From Candidatus Omnitrophota bacterium (lineage in GTDB: Bacteria; Omnitrophota; Gorgyraeia; JABMRN01; RBG-13-46-9), in assembly GCA_030605095.1 (NCBI GenBank), contig JAUWBJ010000001.1, forward strand, positions 10,942-74,941: DNA of 64,000 nt, written 5' to 3'. This document shows positions 48,449 to 58,600 of the stretch, piece by piece. Each line of letters begins with the position of its first letter. Within the stretch, counting starts at the first letter, position 1. Made by a program: the position numbers and the translations under genes. The notes under the pieces were generated by a model. The model ran no database searches, was not told the origin of the DNA, and saw only the letters and a program-made list of their open reading frames with translations.

Positions 48449-48679
48449 ATGAAAATAGAGATACTTGGTATGGGATGCCCTAAGTGCAAGATGCTTTATG
48501 AGAACACAAAGAAAGCTGTTAGTGAGACAGGCGTTCAGGCTGAAGTGCTCAAAGTGGAAGATATGGATAAAATTACAAATTATGGCGTAATGATGACACC
48601 AGCTCTTGTTATTGACGGAAAGGTGAAAACAACAGGTAAGATACCGTCAGCAGAGGATATTAAAAAATGGTTGGCATAA
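48449..48679 (+). CDS. Small redox-active disulfide (thioredoxin-like) protein
   Basis: ILG.GCPKC, YGVM.TPALVIDG. Confidence 0.9.
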   Translation: MKIEILGMGCPKCKMLYENTKKAVSETGVQAEVLKVEDMDKITNYGVMMTPALVIDGKVKTTGKIPSAEDIKKWLA

Positions 48680-49086
48680 AACGGTTTTTAATTATTCTTA
48701 TCGTAGGGGTTTTTCTAATTAACGCATCTTCCGCATTCTGCGATAACGGTAAAATTATAGTTTATTATTTTCACGGAAGCTTTCGTTGCCCTACTTGTCG
48801 GAATTTAGAACAATATGCCAAACAAACGATTCAAAATAATTTTAAAAAAGAGTTGGCAGAAGCAAAGATCATATTTAAAACAGTAAATGTTGAAGAAAAA
48901 GAGAATGAACATTTTGTTAACGATTACCAGCTTTACACAAAATCATTGGTTTTATCTTTAGTAAAAGATAATAAAGAGGTAAAATACAAAAATCTTGATA
49001 AAATCTGGGAATACGTAAGAAACAAAATGCAATATACAGATTATGTTAAAAGCGAGGCCGAAAATTTCCTGAAGGATTTAAAATGA
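48667..49086 (+). CDS. Exported thioredoxin-fold protein (ArsF-like)
   Basis: Signal peptide, VYYFH...RCPTC, NL.KIW. Confidence 0.75.
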   Translation: MVGIKRFLIILIVGVFLINASSAFCDNGKIIVYYFHGSFRCPTCRNLEQYAKQTIQNNFKKELAEAKIIFKTVNVEEKENEHFVNDYQLYTKSLVLSLVKDNKEVKYKNLDKIWEYVRNKMQYTDYVKSEAENFLKDLK

Positions 49087-49775
49087 CAGAGATTTTCTTT
49101 GCTTTTGGCTCTGCCATCTGGCTAGGTATGCTTACTTCGATTAGTCCTTGCCCTTTAGCGACTAATGTTGCCGCTGTCTCTTTTTTGTCAAAGAAAATAA
49201 ATCATCCGAAAGCGGTGTTATGGTCGGGAAGCGCTTATACATTTGGGCGCATGATTGCTTATGCTATTTTGGGTATGATTATTATAACGTCTATCGCTAG
49301 CGTTCCTTCTGTGGCGAATTTCCTGCAAAAATACATGAACAGAATATTAGGTCCTCTATTGCTTGTGGTTGGGCTATTTCTTTTGAATGTCATACGACTT
49401 AATATTTCAGGTTTTACGCTTTCGAAAGAAAAGCAGGAATCCTTAGCTAAGTCGGGAGCAAAAGGTGCGTTCTTGTTAGGGGCTATTTTTGCGCTTTCAT
49501 TCTGCCCGATTTCAGCAGCATTATTTTTTGGCAGCCTTATTCCTTTGGCACTAAACAGCAAAGCAGGTATAGTATTACCTTTCTTTTATGGCATAGGCAC
49601 GGGACTGCCGGTCATGGTTTTTGCTATGGGAATTGCGCTTGGCATATTATCAGCTTCACACTGGTTTCATAAAATGGCTACGGTTGAGAAGTATACAAGA
49701 AGAATAACAGGTATTATATTTGTGTTAGTTGGTTTATATTTTATATGGAACTACATCTTTGCAATTTTTAAGTAA
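49083..49775 (+). CDS. DsbD/CcdA-like membrane protein (ArsG-like)
   Basis: WLG.LTSISPCPLATN, FALSFCP.SAALFFG.LIP, YGIGTGLP. Confidence 0.8.
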   Translation: MTEIFFAFGSAIWLGMLTSISPCPLATNVAAVSFLSKKINHPKAVLWSGSAYTFGRMIAYAILGMIIITSIASVPSVANFLQKYMNRILGPLLLVVGLFLLNVIRLNISGFTLSKEKQESLAKSGAKGAFLLGAIFALSFCPISAALFFGSLIPLALNSKAGIVLPFFYGIGTGLPVMVFAMGIALGILSASHWFHKMATVEKYTRRITGIIFVLVGLYFIWNYIFAIFK

Positions 49776-49788
49776 TAAACTTTCAACT

Positions 49789-49876
49789 CAGATGAACGAG
49801 TGGGACTTTTTAGAAAAAGTAAATTACCACGACTTTAATATAATCAAAGAGTTATGAAAAAGATATACCTCCGCCG
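49789..49876 (+). repeat. Permuted miaB module (QMNEWD, spacer, MKKIYLR), copy 3
   Basis: CAGATGAACGAGTGGGAC (49789-49806), AT-rich spacer, then AGTT-ATGAAAAAGATATACCTCCGCCG (ATG 49854). Confidence 0.75.
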
Positions 49877-49902
49877 ATATTGACAATGAGAGATAGTAGG
49901 AT

Positions 49903-50985
49903 ATGGAAAGAGTTATTCATGAAGAGCGAAGATTAAGCTTTTTTGAGAAATACCTGACACTTTGGGTTATAGGGTGTATTGGTTTGGGTATTCTGCTTGG
50001 GAAACTGTTCCCGCAGGCGGCTATCACATTAGACAGGATTTCAATTTATCAGGTATCCGTACCTATAGCGATATGCCTTTTTTTCATGATGTATCCGATT
50101 ATGGTAAAGATTGATTTTGCTGAAGTTATTAAAGCGGGAAAAACGCCTAAACCTGTTATTCTAACATTGGTTGTAAACTGGTGTATTAAGCCTTTTACTA
50201 TGCTTGCCATCGCAACTCTCTTTTTAGGAGTATTTTTTAAAGGTTGGCTTCCGGGATTTGAAGTTGTTAAAGGAGGACAAGAGGTAGAATTATACAGGTC
50301 GTATATTTCCGGTTGTATTTTATTGGGCATTGCGCCCTGCACTGCAATGGTTCTTATCTGGGGGCATCTGTCTAAAGGGAACGACGGCCACACCTTGATT
50401 ATGGTAGCAATAAATTCTCTAACAATGTTATTTCTCTATGCTCCATTAGGAGGGTGGTTATTAGGTGTAAACAAAATGCCGATACCATGGCAGACAATTG
50501 TTTTATCGGTTGTGATTTATGTCGGCCTGCCGCTGTTTCTTGGTTATCATACTCGTAAGTGGATTATTGCCAAGAAAGGTTTTAAATGGTTTGAGGAAAA
50601 ATTTCTGCATTATTTAACACCGGTATCTATAGGCGCTTTGTTAATTACGCTTGTTCTTTTATTTTCACTTAAGGGAGAGTTGGTTATTGACCAACCGCAG
50701 ATAATATTTTTGATTGCAATCCCACTTCTTATACAGACTTGCCTTATATTCGGTTTAACGTATGCATTGGCAAAATGGCTTAAATTATCATATAGAGATG
50801 CAGCGCCTTCTGCGCTGATTGGCGCAAGCAACCATTTTGAAGTCGCTATTGCTACTTCTGCGATACTTTTTGGATTATCATCGGGAGCATCTTTGGCGAC
50901 TGTCGTAGGCGTATTAATTGAGGTACCAATTATGCTTATGCTGGTAAGAGTATGCTTGAGAACTAAACATATATTTGATAAGTAA
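49903..50985 (+). CDS. acr3: Acr3 arsenite efflux transporter
   Basis: [49 protein letters not shown]. Confidence 0.93.
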   Translation: MERVIHEERRLSFFEKYLTLWVIGCIGLGILLGKLFPQAAITLDRISIYQVSVPIAICLFFMMYPIMVKIDFAEVIKAGKTPKPVILTLVVNWCIKPFTMLAIATLFLGVFFKGWLPGFEVVKGGQEVELYRSYISGCILLGIAPCTAMVLIWGHLSKGNDGHTLIMVAINSLTMLFLYAPLGGWLLGVNKMPIPWQTIVLSVVIYVGLPLFLGYHTRKWIIAKKGFKWFEEKFLHYLTPVSIGALLITLVLLFSLKGELVIDQPQIIFLIAIPLLIQTCLIFGLTYALAKWLKLSYRDAAPSALIGASNHFEVAIATSAILFGLSSGASLATVVGVLIEVPIMLMLVRVCLRTKHIFDK

Positions 50986-50992
50986 AGTTGAT

Positions 50993-51031
50993 ATGAAAAA
51001 AGTATTTTTGCGGACGTTTGGCTAATCGATG
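50993..51031 (+). repeat. miaB-5' derived junction, copy 4
   Basis: ATG AAA AAA GTA TTT TTG CGG ACG TTT GGC TAA TCG ATG = MKKVFLRTFG*SM. Confidence 0.8.
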
Positions 51032-53740
51032 TTAAATAATTCATTTCATTCAGAGCCTGTTGAAAAAGTGCTGAAGAAATTATCTTCCGGGATAAGCGGA
51101 CTTTCGCATAAAGAAGCAAAGGCCCGCTTACAGGATTTTGGCCCTAACGAAATACCTGAAAAAAAAGCTAAACATCCTATTCTGATTTTCCTTAAGCAAT
51201 TTCAGAGCATTCTGATTTATATTCTTATTGCCGCCGCTGCCATTTCATTTTTCATTGGCCATGTAGTTGATGCTTATGTAATTTTAGCTGTAATTCTGAT
51301 TAATGCCATAATAGGTTTCATTCAGGAGAATAAGGCAGAGAAGTCAATTCAGGCTTTAAAAAGGATGATTGTGCCTTATGCAAAGGTTTTCCGGGGAGGA
51401 AAATTACTGCAAGTACATGCGAAAGAATTAGTGCCCGGAGACATTATTTTCCTAGAAGAAGGCGACAGAATTCCTGCTGATGCAAGGCTTCTTGAAGTGA
51501 AAAACACCAGGACAGTAGAGACTTCTTTAACGGGCGAGTCACTTCCTATTGACAAACACGAAAAAGCGTTGCCTGAAAAAACAGGTTTAGCTGACCGTAA
51601 GAATATGATATGGATGGGGACATTTCTTGCCGGCGGACAGGCTAAGGCTGTTGTGGTATCTACGGGTATTAAAACAGCCATCGGTGACGTAGCTACTAGT
51701 ATAGAAAAGATAAAAAAGTTCAAGGTTCATTTTGAAAAGAAGACAGATATTCTGGCAAGACAAATGGGTGTTATTGCGGTTGTCTGTGCATTTATAGTAT
51801 TCCTGGTCGGTTTTTTTGCCAGAGGGTTTGAATTCTCTGAAATTTTTATTTTTACAATAGCTTCTCTTGTTGCTGGAATTCCGGAAGGATTGCCCGCAGT
51901 ACTGGTAATAGTACTTGCTATTGGCGCCTACAGGATGGCAAAAAGAAATGCTATTATTAGAACATTGCCGGTAACCGAAACCCTTGGAGTAGCAACAATT
52001 ATTGCAACAGACAAGACAGGAACCCTCACTCAGAATACTATGAACGTTGAAAAAATAATTTTGCCGGGTGAAGATGAAATTACTATTTCAGGAGAAGGCT
52101 GGAGGCCTTCAGGGGATTTTTCGCAAAAAGATAACATCATTTCGCCACTAGAAAATTCTCGTTTATCAAAACTTTTACATATCGCTTGTGTTTGTAATAA
52201 TGCAAGGATAGTAAAAGAAGAGGGCGAAAAATATAAAATTATTGGTGACCTCACAGAGGCTGCTTTGGTTGCTCTTGCAGAAAAGGCCGGATTGAAGAAA
52301 GAAGAGTTGCTGGAAAAAGAGAAAAGAATAGATGATTTACCATTTAATCCAGAATTGAAATATAGAGCATCACTTTCAGTGCTTGTGAAAGAAGATAGGA
52401 AGAAAGAAATTTATGTTGTCGGAGCTCCCGAGGCCGTTCTTGCCCATTCTTCTTTTATGCTTGGGGAAAAAGGAGAAAAAAAGATAACCGAAGAAGAGAA
52501 ACAGGAAATTCTAGCTGAAACGCAGGGTTTGGCAAAGAAGGCAATGAGGGTTCTTGGCTTAGCTTACAAGATAACCCCTGCCAGCACAGATAATTTGTCA
52601 GAAGATTTGGTCAATGACCTTGTTTTGGTTGGGGTTGTCGGTATGCTAGATCCTCCAAGGCCCCAGGTAAAGGAGGCAATTGCTAAAGCCAAGAAAGCAG
52701 GTATCAGAGTTATTATGAAAACGGGAGACCATAAGGACACAGCTGTTGCCGTCGCTAAAGAGATAGGGATGATTGGCGAAAAGACAAAAAGTAAGTGTCC
52801 GGAGGTTCTTACTGAACAAGACTTGCTAAAGCTTTCAGAAGAAGAGTTTGAAGAAACAATAAAACATGTTTCTATTTTTGCCAGGTTAACTCCTGCCATG
52901 AAATTAAGAATTGTTGAGGTTTTACAGAAACAAGGCCATATTGTTGCCATGACAGGAGACGGGGTTAATGATGCGCCAGCACTTAAAAGAGCGGATATCG
53001 GAGTTGCCATGGGTATAATTGGCACTGATGTGGCAAGGGAATCAAGCGATATTGTGCTCGCTGATGATAATTTTGCCTCTATTGTAAATGCAATAGAAGA
53101 AGGAAGAACTGTTTTTACGAATACAAGACAGGCAAGTTCTTTTCTAATCACTACTAATTTTGCGGAAAGTATAAGTATTATAACTACGATGCTCCTTGGT
53201 CTTCCATTGCCATTATTGCCTACTCAGCTGTTATGGCTCAATTTGGTTACTGATGGGGTTACCGATGTTGCCTTAGCCGCTGAACCAAGTCATGAGGACG
53301 TTTTGGAAGAGCCTCCACGAAAGGCAAAAGAAAATATTTTATCAAAAGAAATCATACCTTTCATTCTCATCATGGCCGGTATTATGGTTATTTTTACATT
53401 GATTATTTTTAAGATCTATTTACCAGGCGGAATAGAAAAGGCAAGGACAGGGGCATTTACTGTTATGGCATTCACTCAATTATTCAATGTTTTAAATATG
53501 CGTTCACTTAAAAGGTCTATTTTCAAGATAGGCCTTTTTAGCAATAAATTTATAGTCGCATCTCTTGTAGCCTCTGTTTTTCTGTTAGCCATGGTACTTT
53601 ATGTCCCATTTTTCCAGGGCGTATTTCAATTTGTGCCCTTAGGCTTATTAGAAATACTCATTATAATCCTTTTATCGTCTTCGGTATTATGGTTAGGTGA
53701 GTTGTACAAATATTTGAGACCACGGGACGGGCAAAAATAA
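51029..53740 (+). CDS. Cation-transporting P-type ATPase (P2A/Ca2+-like)
   Basis: LTGES, IPEGLP, DKTGTLT, TGDGVND, QLLWLNLVTDG. Confidence 0.93.
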   Translation: MLNNSFHSEPVEKVLKKLSSGISGLSHKEAKARLQDFGPNEIPEKKAKHPILIFLKQFQSILIYILIAAAAISFFIGHVVDAYVILAVILINAIIGFIQENKAEKSIQALKRMIVPYAKVFRGGKLLQVHAKELVPGDIIFLEEGDRIPADARLLEVKNTRTVETSLTGESLPIDKHEKALPEKTGLADRKNMIWMGTFLAGGQAKAVVVSTGIKTAIGDVATSIEKIKKFKVHFEKKTDILARQMGVIAVVCAFIVFLVGFFARGFEFSEIFIFTIASLVAGIPEGLPAVLVIVLAIGAYRMAKRNAIIRTLPVTETLGVATIIATDKTGTLTQNTMNVEKIILPGEDEITISGEGWRPSGDFSQKDNIISPLENSRLSKLLHIACVCNNARIVKEEGEKYKIIGDLTEAALVALAEKAGLKKEELLEKEKRIDDLPFNPELKYRASLSVLVKEDRKKEIYVVGAPEAVLAHSSFMLGEKGEKKITEEEKQEILAETQGLAKKAMRVLGLAYKITPASTDNLSEDLVNDLVLVGVVGMLDPPRPQVKEAIAKAKKAGIRVIMKTGDHKDTAVAVAKEIGMIGEKTKSKCPEVLTEQDLLKLSEEEFEETIKHVSIFARLTPAMKLRIVEVLQKQGHIVAMTGDGVNDAPALKRADIGVAMGIIGTDVARESSDIVLADDNFASIVNAIEEGRTVFTNTRQASSFLITTNFAESISIITTMLLGLPLPLLPTQLLWLNLVTDGVTDVALAAEPSHEDVLEEPPRKAKENILSKEIIPFILIMAGIMVIFTLIIFKIYLPGGIEKARTGAFTVMAFTQLFNVLNMRSLKRSIFKIGLFSNKFIVASLVASVFLLAMVLYVPFFQGVFQFVPLGLLEILIIILLSSSVLWLGELYKYLRPRDGQK

Positions 53741-53790
53741 GGAGAATGCTTAGATGTTAAAATGCCACACGCAACCGAAGGTTTAATTTT

Positions 53791-54171
53791 ATGAAATATA
53801 AATTCGCAACTGCGATAAGCTGTATTGATGGGAGAACTCAGAAGCCTGTAATTGATTTTGTGAGAAAAAGAATCTCAGTCGATTATGTTGATATGATAAC
53901 CGAACCCGGTCCTGATAAAATTTTGAGCAAAAACAAGCAAAAAAATCTTATTAAATCTATTCAACGTAAAATATTAATTTCCATAGAAAAACATAAGTCA
54001 AAACACATCATTATTGTAGGGCATTACGGATGTGCCGGTAATCCTGTTGGCGAGAAAGAACATCGCAAGCAGATAAAAAGAGCAATGCAGATTATCAATA
54101 GCTGGGATCTGAAACTATCTGTTCGCGGCATATGGTTGGATAAGGATTGGAAAGCTACTTTTATTTCATGA
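53791..54171 (+). CDS. Putative beta-carbonic anhydrase-like protein
   Basis: CIDGR, ITEPGPD, H..CAGNP Zn-ligand pattern. Confidence 0.75.
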   Translation: MKYKFATAISCIDGRTQKPVIDFVRKRISVDYVDMITEPGPDKILSKNKQKNLIKSIQRKILISIEKHKSKHIIIVGHYGCAGNPVGEKEHRKQIKRAMQIINSWDLKLSVRGIWLDKDWKATFIS

Positions 54172-54205
54172 ATAAAAAAAATATATATGGACTCTGGGCT
54201 GGCCG
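54168..54205 (+). repeat. Degenerate miaB-5' junction, copy 5
   Basis: ATGAATAAAAAAAATATATATGGACTCTGGGCTGGCCG; ATG overlaps upstream TGA; aligns to MNKK-IY..TLGWP only with indels. Confidence 0.55.
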
Positions 54206-54255
54206 TATAAAAGATTCTTGCATGCGGATTTTACATTTGTTACTATTATAATATT

Positions 54256-55431
54256 ATGGAGGAAAAAATGAATACTAGTTCTTGGCTTTCACAAATTTCT
54301 TTTAAACAGCGAATTTGGTTGTTTTCGGCTTTAGCGGGAATGCTTGCGATCGTAGCCCTTGGAATTTTGATGGACTCACCGGGTGAGTTAAAAGAAACAA
54401 CCAATTTCAACATTGATATGTCTATTCGAGATATTGCCCCCAAACTTGGAGTTACAGGTAAAGGCCTTGCCAGGGAACTTGAACTGCCGCTTGACGTTTC
54501 TAAGGAAAAACCAGTTCGAACATTAGGTGTGGCACGCGAAGAACTTGATCATGCCATTGAACATATTCTATCCCATCGTGATGCTACGCTTAAATATTGT
54601 GTTTATGCGGCACTGGTTCTCTTGGGACTTGTATTTCTTGTGAGGCTAGGGCGTCCCGATGGCTCTGATATTAAAAATCGCCGTACTTGGTACCCAAAAA
54701 CCCCATATGTTATTGCTCTCTTGTTTTCTGTAATAGTAGCCGGATTCATTCTTGGCAAATCACCTAATCCCATGGAGGGTACAGTTAAAATTTTCAAGTC
54801 CATGATAGGTCTTTATCCCGATCCAATGCTTAAACTAGTAGCCTTTACCTTCTTTATTATATTAGCCATTGTTGGGAATAAGATGATTTGTGGCTGGGCG
54901 TGCCCTTTTGGCGCTTCGCAAGAGCTTATTTACAGCATACCAATTTTGCGAAAAATCAAAAAAAGGAAACTTCCATTTGTATTCACAAATATAATTCGTG
55001 TAGGCCTTTTTATTGCTGTGCTTCTTCTTATGTTTGGAATCATTGGAGGACGCAGGGGATTTATAATTTACCACTATCTTAACCCCTTTAACCTATTTAA
55101 TCTTGATTTCGAAGCATTCAGTATTCTGCTGACAGTAATCATTGCCTTGTTGGTATCATTCACTATCTACCGCCCATTTTGTCAGTTCATTTGTCCTTTT
55201 GGCCTTGTTTCCTGGATAGTTGAGCGATTCAGTATTTTCCGTGTTCGAATTGACAAAGAGAAATGTACCCAATGCGGTGCTTGCATAAAGGCATGCCCCC
55301 TAGAAGCCGCAGAAGGCCGGGTTAAGGGCAAGAAAATGCCGGCAGATTGTTTTAGTTGTGCTCGTTGCTTGAATGTTTGTCCGGTTGATGCCATTCAGTA
55401 TGCATCTTCTTTAAAGAAAGGCATAAAATAA
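54256..55431 (+). CDS. Membrane 4Fe-4S binding protein (NapH/YccM-like)
   Basis: CGWACPFG..QE, RPFCQFICPFG, two C-terminal CxxCxxCxxxCP. Confidence 0.82.
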   Translation: MEEKMNTSSWLSQISFKQRIWLFSALAGMLAIVALGILMDSPGELKETTNFNIDMSIRDIAPKLGVTGKGLARELELPLDVSKEKPVRTLGVAREELDHAIEHILSHRDATLKYCVYAALVLLGLVFLVRLGRPDGSDIKNRRTWYPKTPYVIALLFSVIVAGFILGKSPNPMEGTVKIFKSMIGLYPDPMLKLVAFTFFIILAIVGNKMICGWACPFGASQELIYSIPILRKIKKRKLPFVFTNIIRVGLFIAVLLLMFGIIGGRRGFIIYHYLNPFNLFNLDFEAFSILLTVIIALLVSFTIYRPFCQFICPFGLVSWIVERFSIFRVRIDKEKCTQCGACIKACPLEAAEGRVKGKKMPADCFSCARCLNVCPVDAIQYASSLKKGIK

Positions 55432-55462
55432 TTTCTAGACTGATTAGATTTAACAGGTTAAG

Positions 55463-55564
55463 CAGATGAACGAGTGGGACGGTTTAGCAATCGAAAATTT
55501 TATATAACATAAAGAATATAAATAAGTTATGAAAAAAGTCTACATCCGTACTTTCGGATGGCCG
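55463..55564 (+). repeat. Permuted miaB module (QMNEWD, spacer, MKKVYIRTFGWP), copy 6
   Basis: CAGATGAACGAGTGGGAC (55463-55480) identical to 49789-49806; 55529-55560 is 31/32 identical to 42998-43029. Confidence 0.88.
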
Positions 55565-55673
55565 AAGGTTACGTTGGCTCGGGATGGCATTGGAGCTGTT
55601 AAGGAAGATAAGTGATTATGAATAGAAGAGTTAGGATAATTTTCAGAATACAAGAAAAGATGAATTAAAAAAG

Positions 55674-58600
55674 ATGGAAAAATCTTTAGGCATATGTATA
55701 GGAGCATCAACTATAAGGATTGTTGAGCTCCTCTGGAACAATGGAGAATTTAGCATAGGAAAGACCTCTGTAATGAGCCACCAGTGCAATCCGAAGAACA
55801 TATTTTTGGAAGAGATTAAGAAATTTGACTTTCAATCTTATGATTATGCTTGCATAACAGGGAGAAGATTTAAAGACGCTATAAGTTTACCTAAGATAAC
55901 AGAGCCCAAGGCTACAGAATATGCACTAAAACATTACCTGAGAGGAAAGGGGGAAAGATTTAATGCCCTAATAAGCCTTGGAAGCGAAAACTTCATCCTG
56001 TATGAATTGGATGAGGGGGGAAATATAATTACGGTCCAAACAGGAAACAAATGCGCTTCAGGAACTGGAGAATTCTTTCTGCAACAGATAAGGCGAATGA
56101 ACGTTGATCTGAATAAGACTATCAGGCTGGCCAAACACTCAGAGCCCTACTATGTATCTGGAAGATGTTCTGTGTTCTGCAAAAGTGACTGTACTCATGC
56201 CCTCAATAAAGGCATACCTGTTGGCAGGGTGTGCGCTGGCCTTGGGAATATGATTGTTGAGAAGATTTTAGAACTTCTCCGGTCTACAAAAAATGAAGAT
56301 ATCCTTCTTGCGGGAGGGGTTACAAAAAATAGTTTCGTTATTGAAAGACTGAATAAAAAGATAAAGAACCTGGTTATACTGGAGCACGCCGATATTTTTG
56401 AGGCTTTAGGAGCAGCCATATTTGCTTATGAAAAAAAGAAAAAACCTTATACCATGATGCTCAAAGAGGAGAAGACATCCTTCACCACCCTGCCACCGTT
56501 AGAGGAATCACGGAAACTGGTTAGGTTCGAGAACCATGAGATGGGTATTGTCACCGAGGGCGATGAGTACATTCTGGGTTTAGATGCTGGTTCAACAACA
56601 ACTAAAGCCATACTATTAAGAACAAAGGATGACAAGATAGTTGCATCAGTTTACCTCAGAACCAGTGGAGATCCTGTTAAGGCATCCAGGCAGTGCTATG
56701 CTGAGATTAACACAAAGTTACGTGGAACAAAAATAGACATAATAGGGCTGGGGGTTACGGGGTCAGGAAGAAAAATTGCAGGGCTCTGCGCGTTAACTGA
56801 TGGCATAATAAATGAGATAATCGCTCATGCAACTGCTGCAGCATTTTTTGATAAAGAGGTTGATACGATTATAGAGATCGGTGGCCAGGACGCAAAATAT
56901 ACCTATCTTGTGAACGGGGTTCCTTGCGATTATGCCATGAACGAGGCCTGTTCTGCCGGAACAGGTTCTTTTCTTGAGGAGGCAGCAAAAGAAAGCCTTG
57001 ACATAAACTATCTTGATATCCAGGATATTGCATTAAAGGCAAAAAATCCGGCCAACTTCAATGACCAATGCGCAGCCTTCATAAGTAGCGACATAAAAAA
57101 TGCTTCCCATGAAAGTATAAGCAAGGAAGATATAGTTGCAGGCCTGGTTTACTCTATTTGCATGAATTATAACAACAGGGTAAAAGGCTTAAGGAAAGTC
57201 GGGAAAAAGATATTTATGCAAGGAGGTGTCTGCTATAATAATGCGGTGCCCCTGGCAATGGCAGGTATATTAAGAAAAGAGATTACCGTACCCCCTGAAC
57301 CCGGTCTTATGGGCGCTTTTGGCGTTGCCTTGGAGATAAAAAAAAGAATTGCTATGGGTTTGATGAAAAAATCCAGATTTTGCCTGAAAGAACTTGCCGG
57401 TAGGGGGGTTGAATATGGAAAAAGCTTTACCTGCCCTGGAGAACTTGAAAATTGCGATAGGGGTTGCACTATAAACATAATAAGCTTGAATGGGAAGAAT
57501 TATCCTTTTGGAGGGATATGCAACAAATATTACAATATCATGCATCATTTATTTATTGATCCAAAACCCTTTGATATCGTTGACAGAAGACAGAAGCTTG
57601 TTTTTGATTGTGGTAAAGAAAAAGGTTCGGCAAACCCCATTAGAAATCATAGATTTTCTAATGGGGCAAGGATTTCTAACGGGGCAAAAAGAGTAGGAAT
57701 CTCAAGGTCTTTTCTTGCCAACCTGCTCTATCCCCTGTATTACCATTTCTTTTCTGAACTGGGTTTAGGTGTAGTATTATCAGAGGCTGTTGATAGGGAG
57801 GGGGTAAAGAGAACCTGCTCTTCTTTTTGTTTCCCTGCGGAGATTAGCTACGGGATGTTTATGGATCTGGTTAAAAAGAAGCCCGATTATATATTTCTTC
57901 CCCAAATTAGTGAACTTTATGTAGAGAGAAGTCAAAGCTACGAGCCTGAGCATCAAAGCTCATGTCTCATATTGCAGAGTGAGCCCTATTACCTGAGAAG
58001 CACATTCAGAGATATTGATATTCCCATAATCTCTCCGGTTTTGAACTTCTCCCGGGGCTGGGAAAGCACCCAAGAGCGGTTTGTCGAAATTGGCAAGGAG
58101 CTCGGATATGATAAAGATAAATCAACAGGTGCCTTCAGGTATGGGCTAGCCAAACAAAACGAGTTTTTTAAGAAGAAAAAAGAGCTGGGGGATAAGGTAC
58201 TAAAGGAAATAGAGAATGATAAATCAAAGATAGGAATAGTCCTGTTTGGGAGACCTTATAATGCATTTGCTGATGAAGCTAATTTAGGCATACCCCGGAA
58301 ATTTGCTTCTCGAGGCGTTTACATCATCCCCTTTGACTGCCTGCCTTACGAGCATGAAGTCTCTATAGAGAATATGAACTGGGCTCTTGGCCAGGAGATT
58401 ATTAAGGCCGCCCATTTTGTCAAAAAGCACCAGCAGCTTTTCGGAACCTTCGTAACCAATTTCAGTTGTGGACCTGACTCGTTTATAGTAGGGTATTTTA
58501 GGGATATAATGAACACCAAACCGTCGCTAACCCTGGAGCTTGACTCACATAGCGCTGATGCCGGGATTAATACAAGGATAGAGGCATTCCTTGATATTGT

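Noticed and set aside
53741-53790. Possible further junction (GAATGCTTAGATGTTAAA, CCGAAGGTT shared with 55562)
   Set aside because: Matches are 9 bp or less and no miaB head is recognisable; could be chance.
42998-55564. miaB-derived repeats as a CRISPR array
   Set aside because: Spacing is kilobases and irregular, copies are degenerate, and no cas genes are present.
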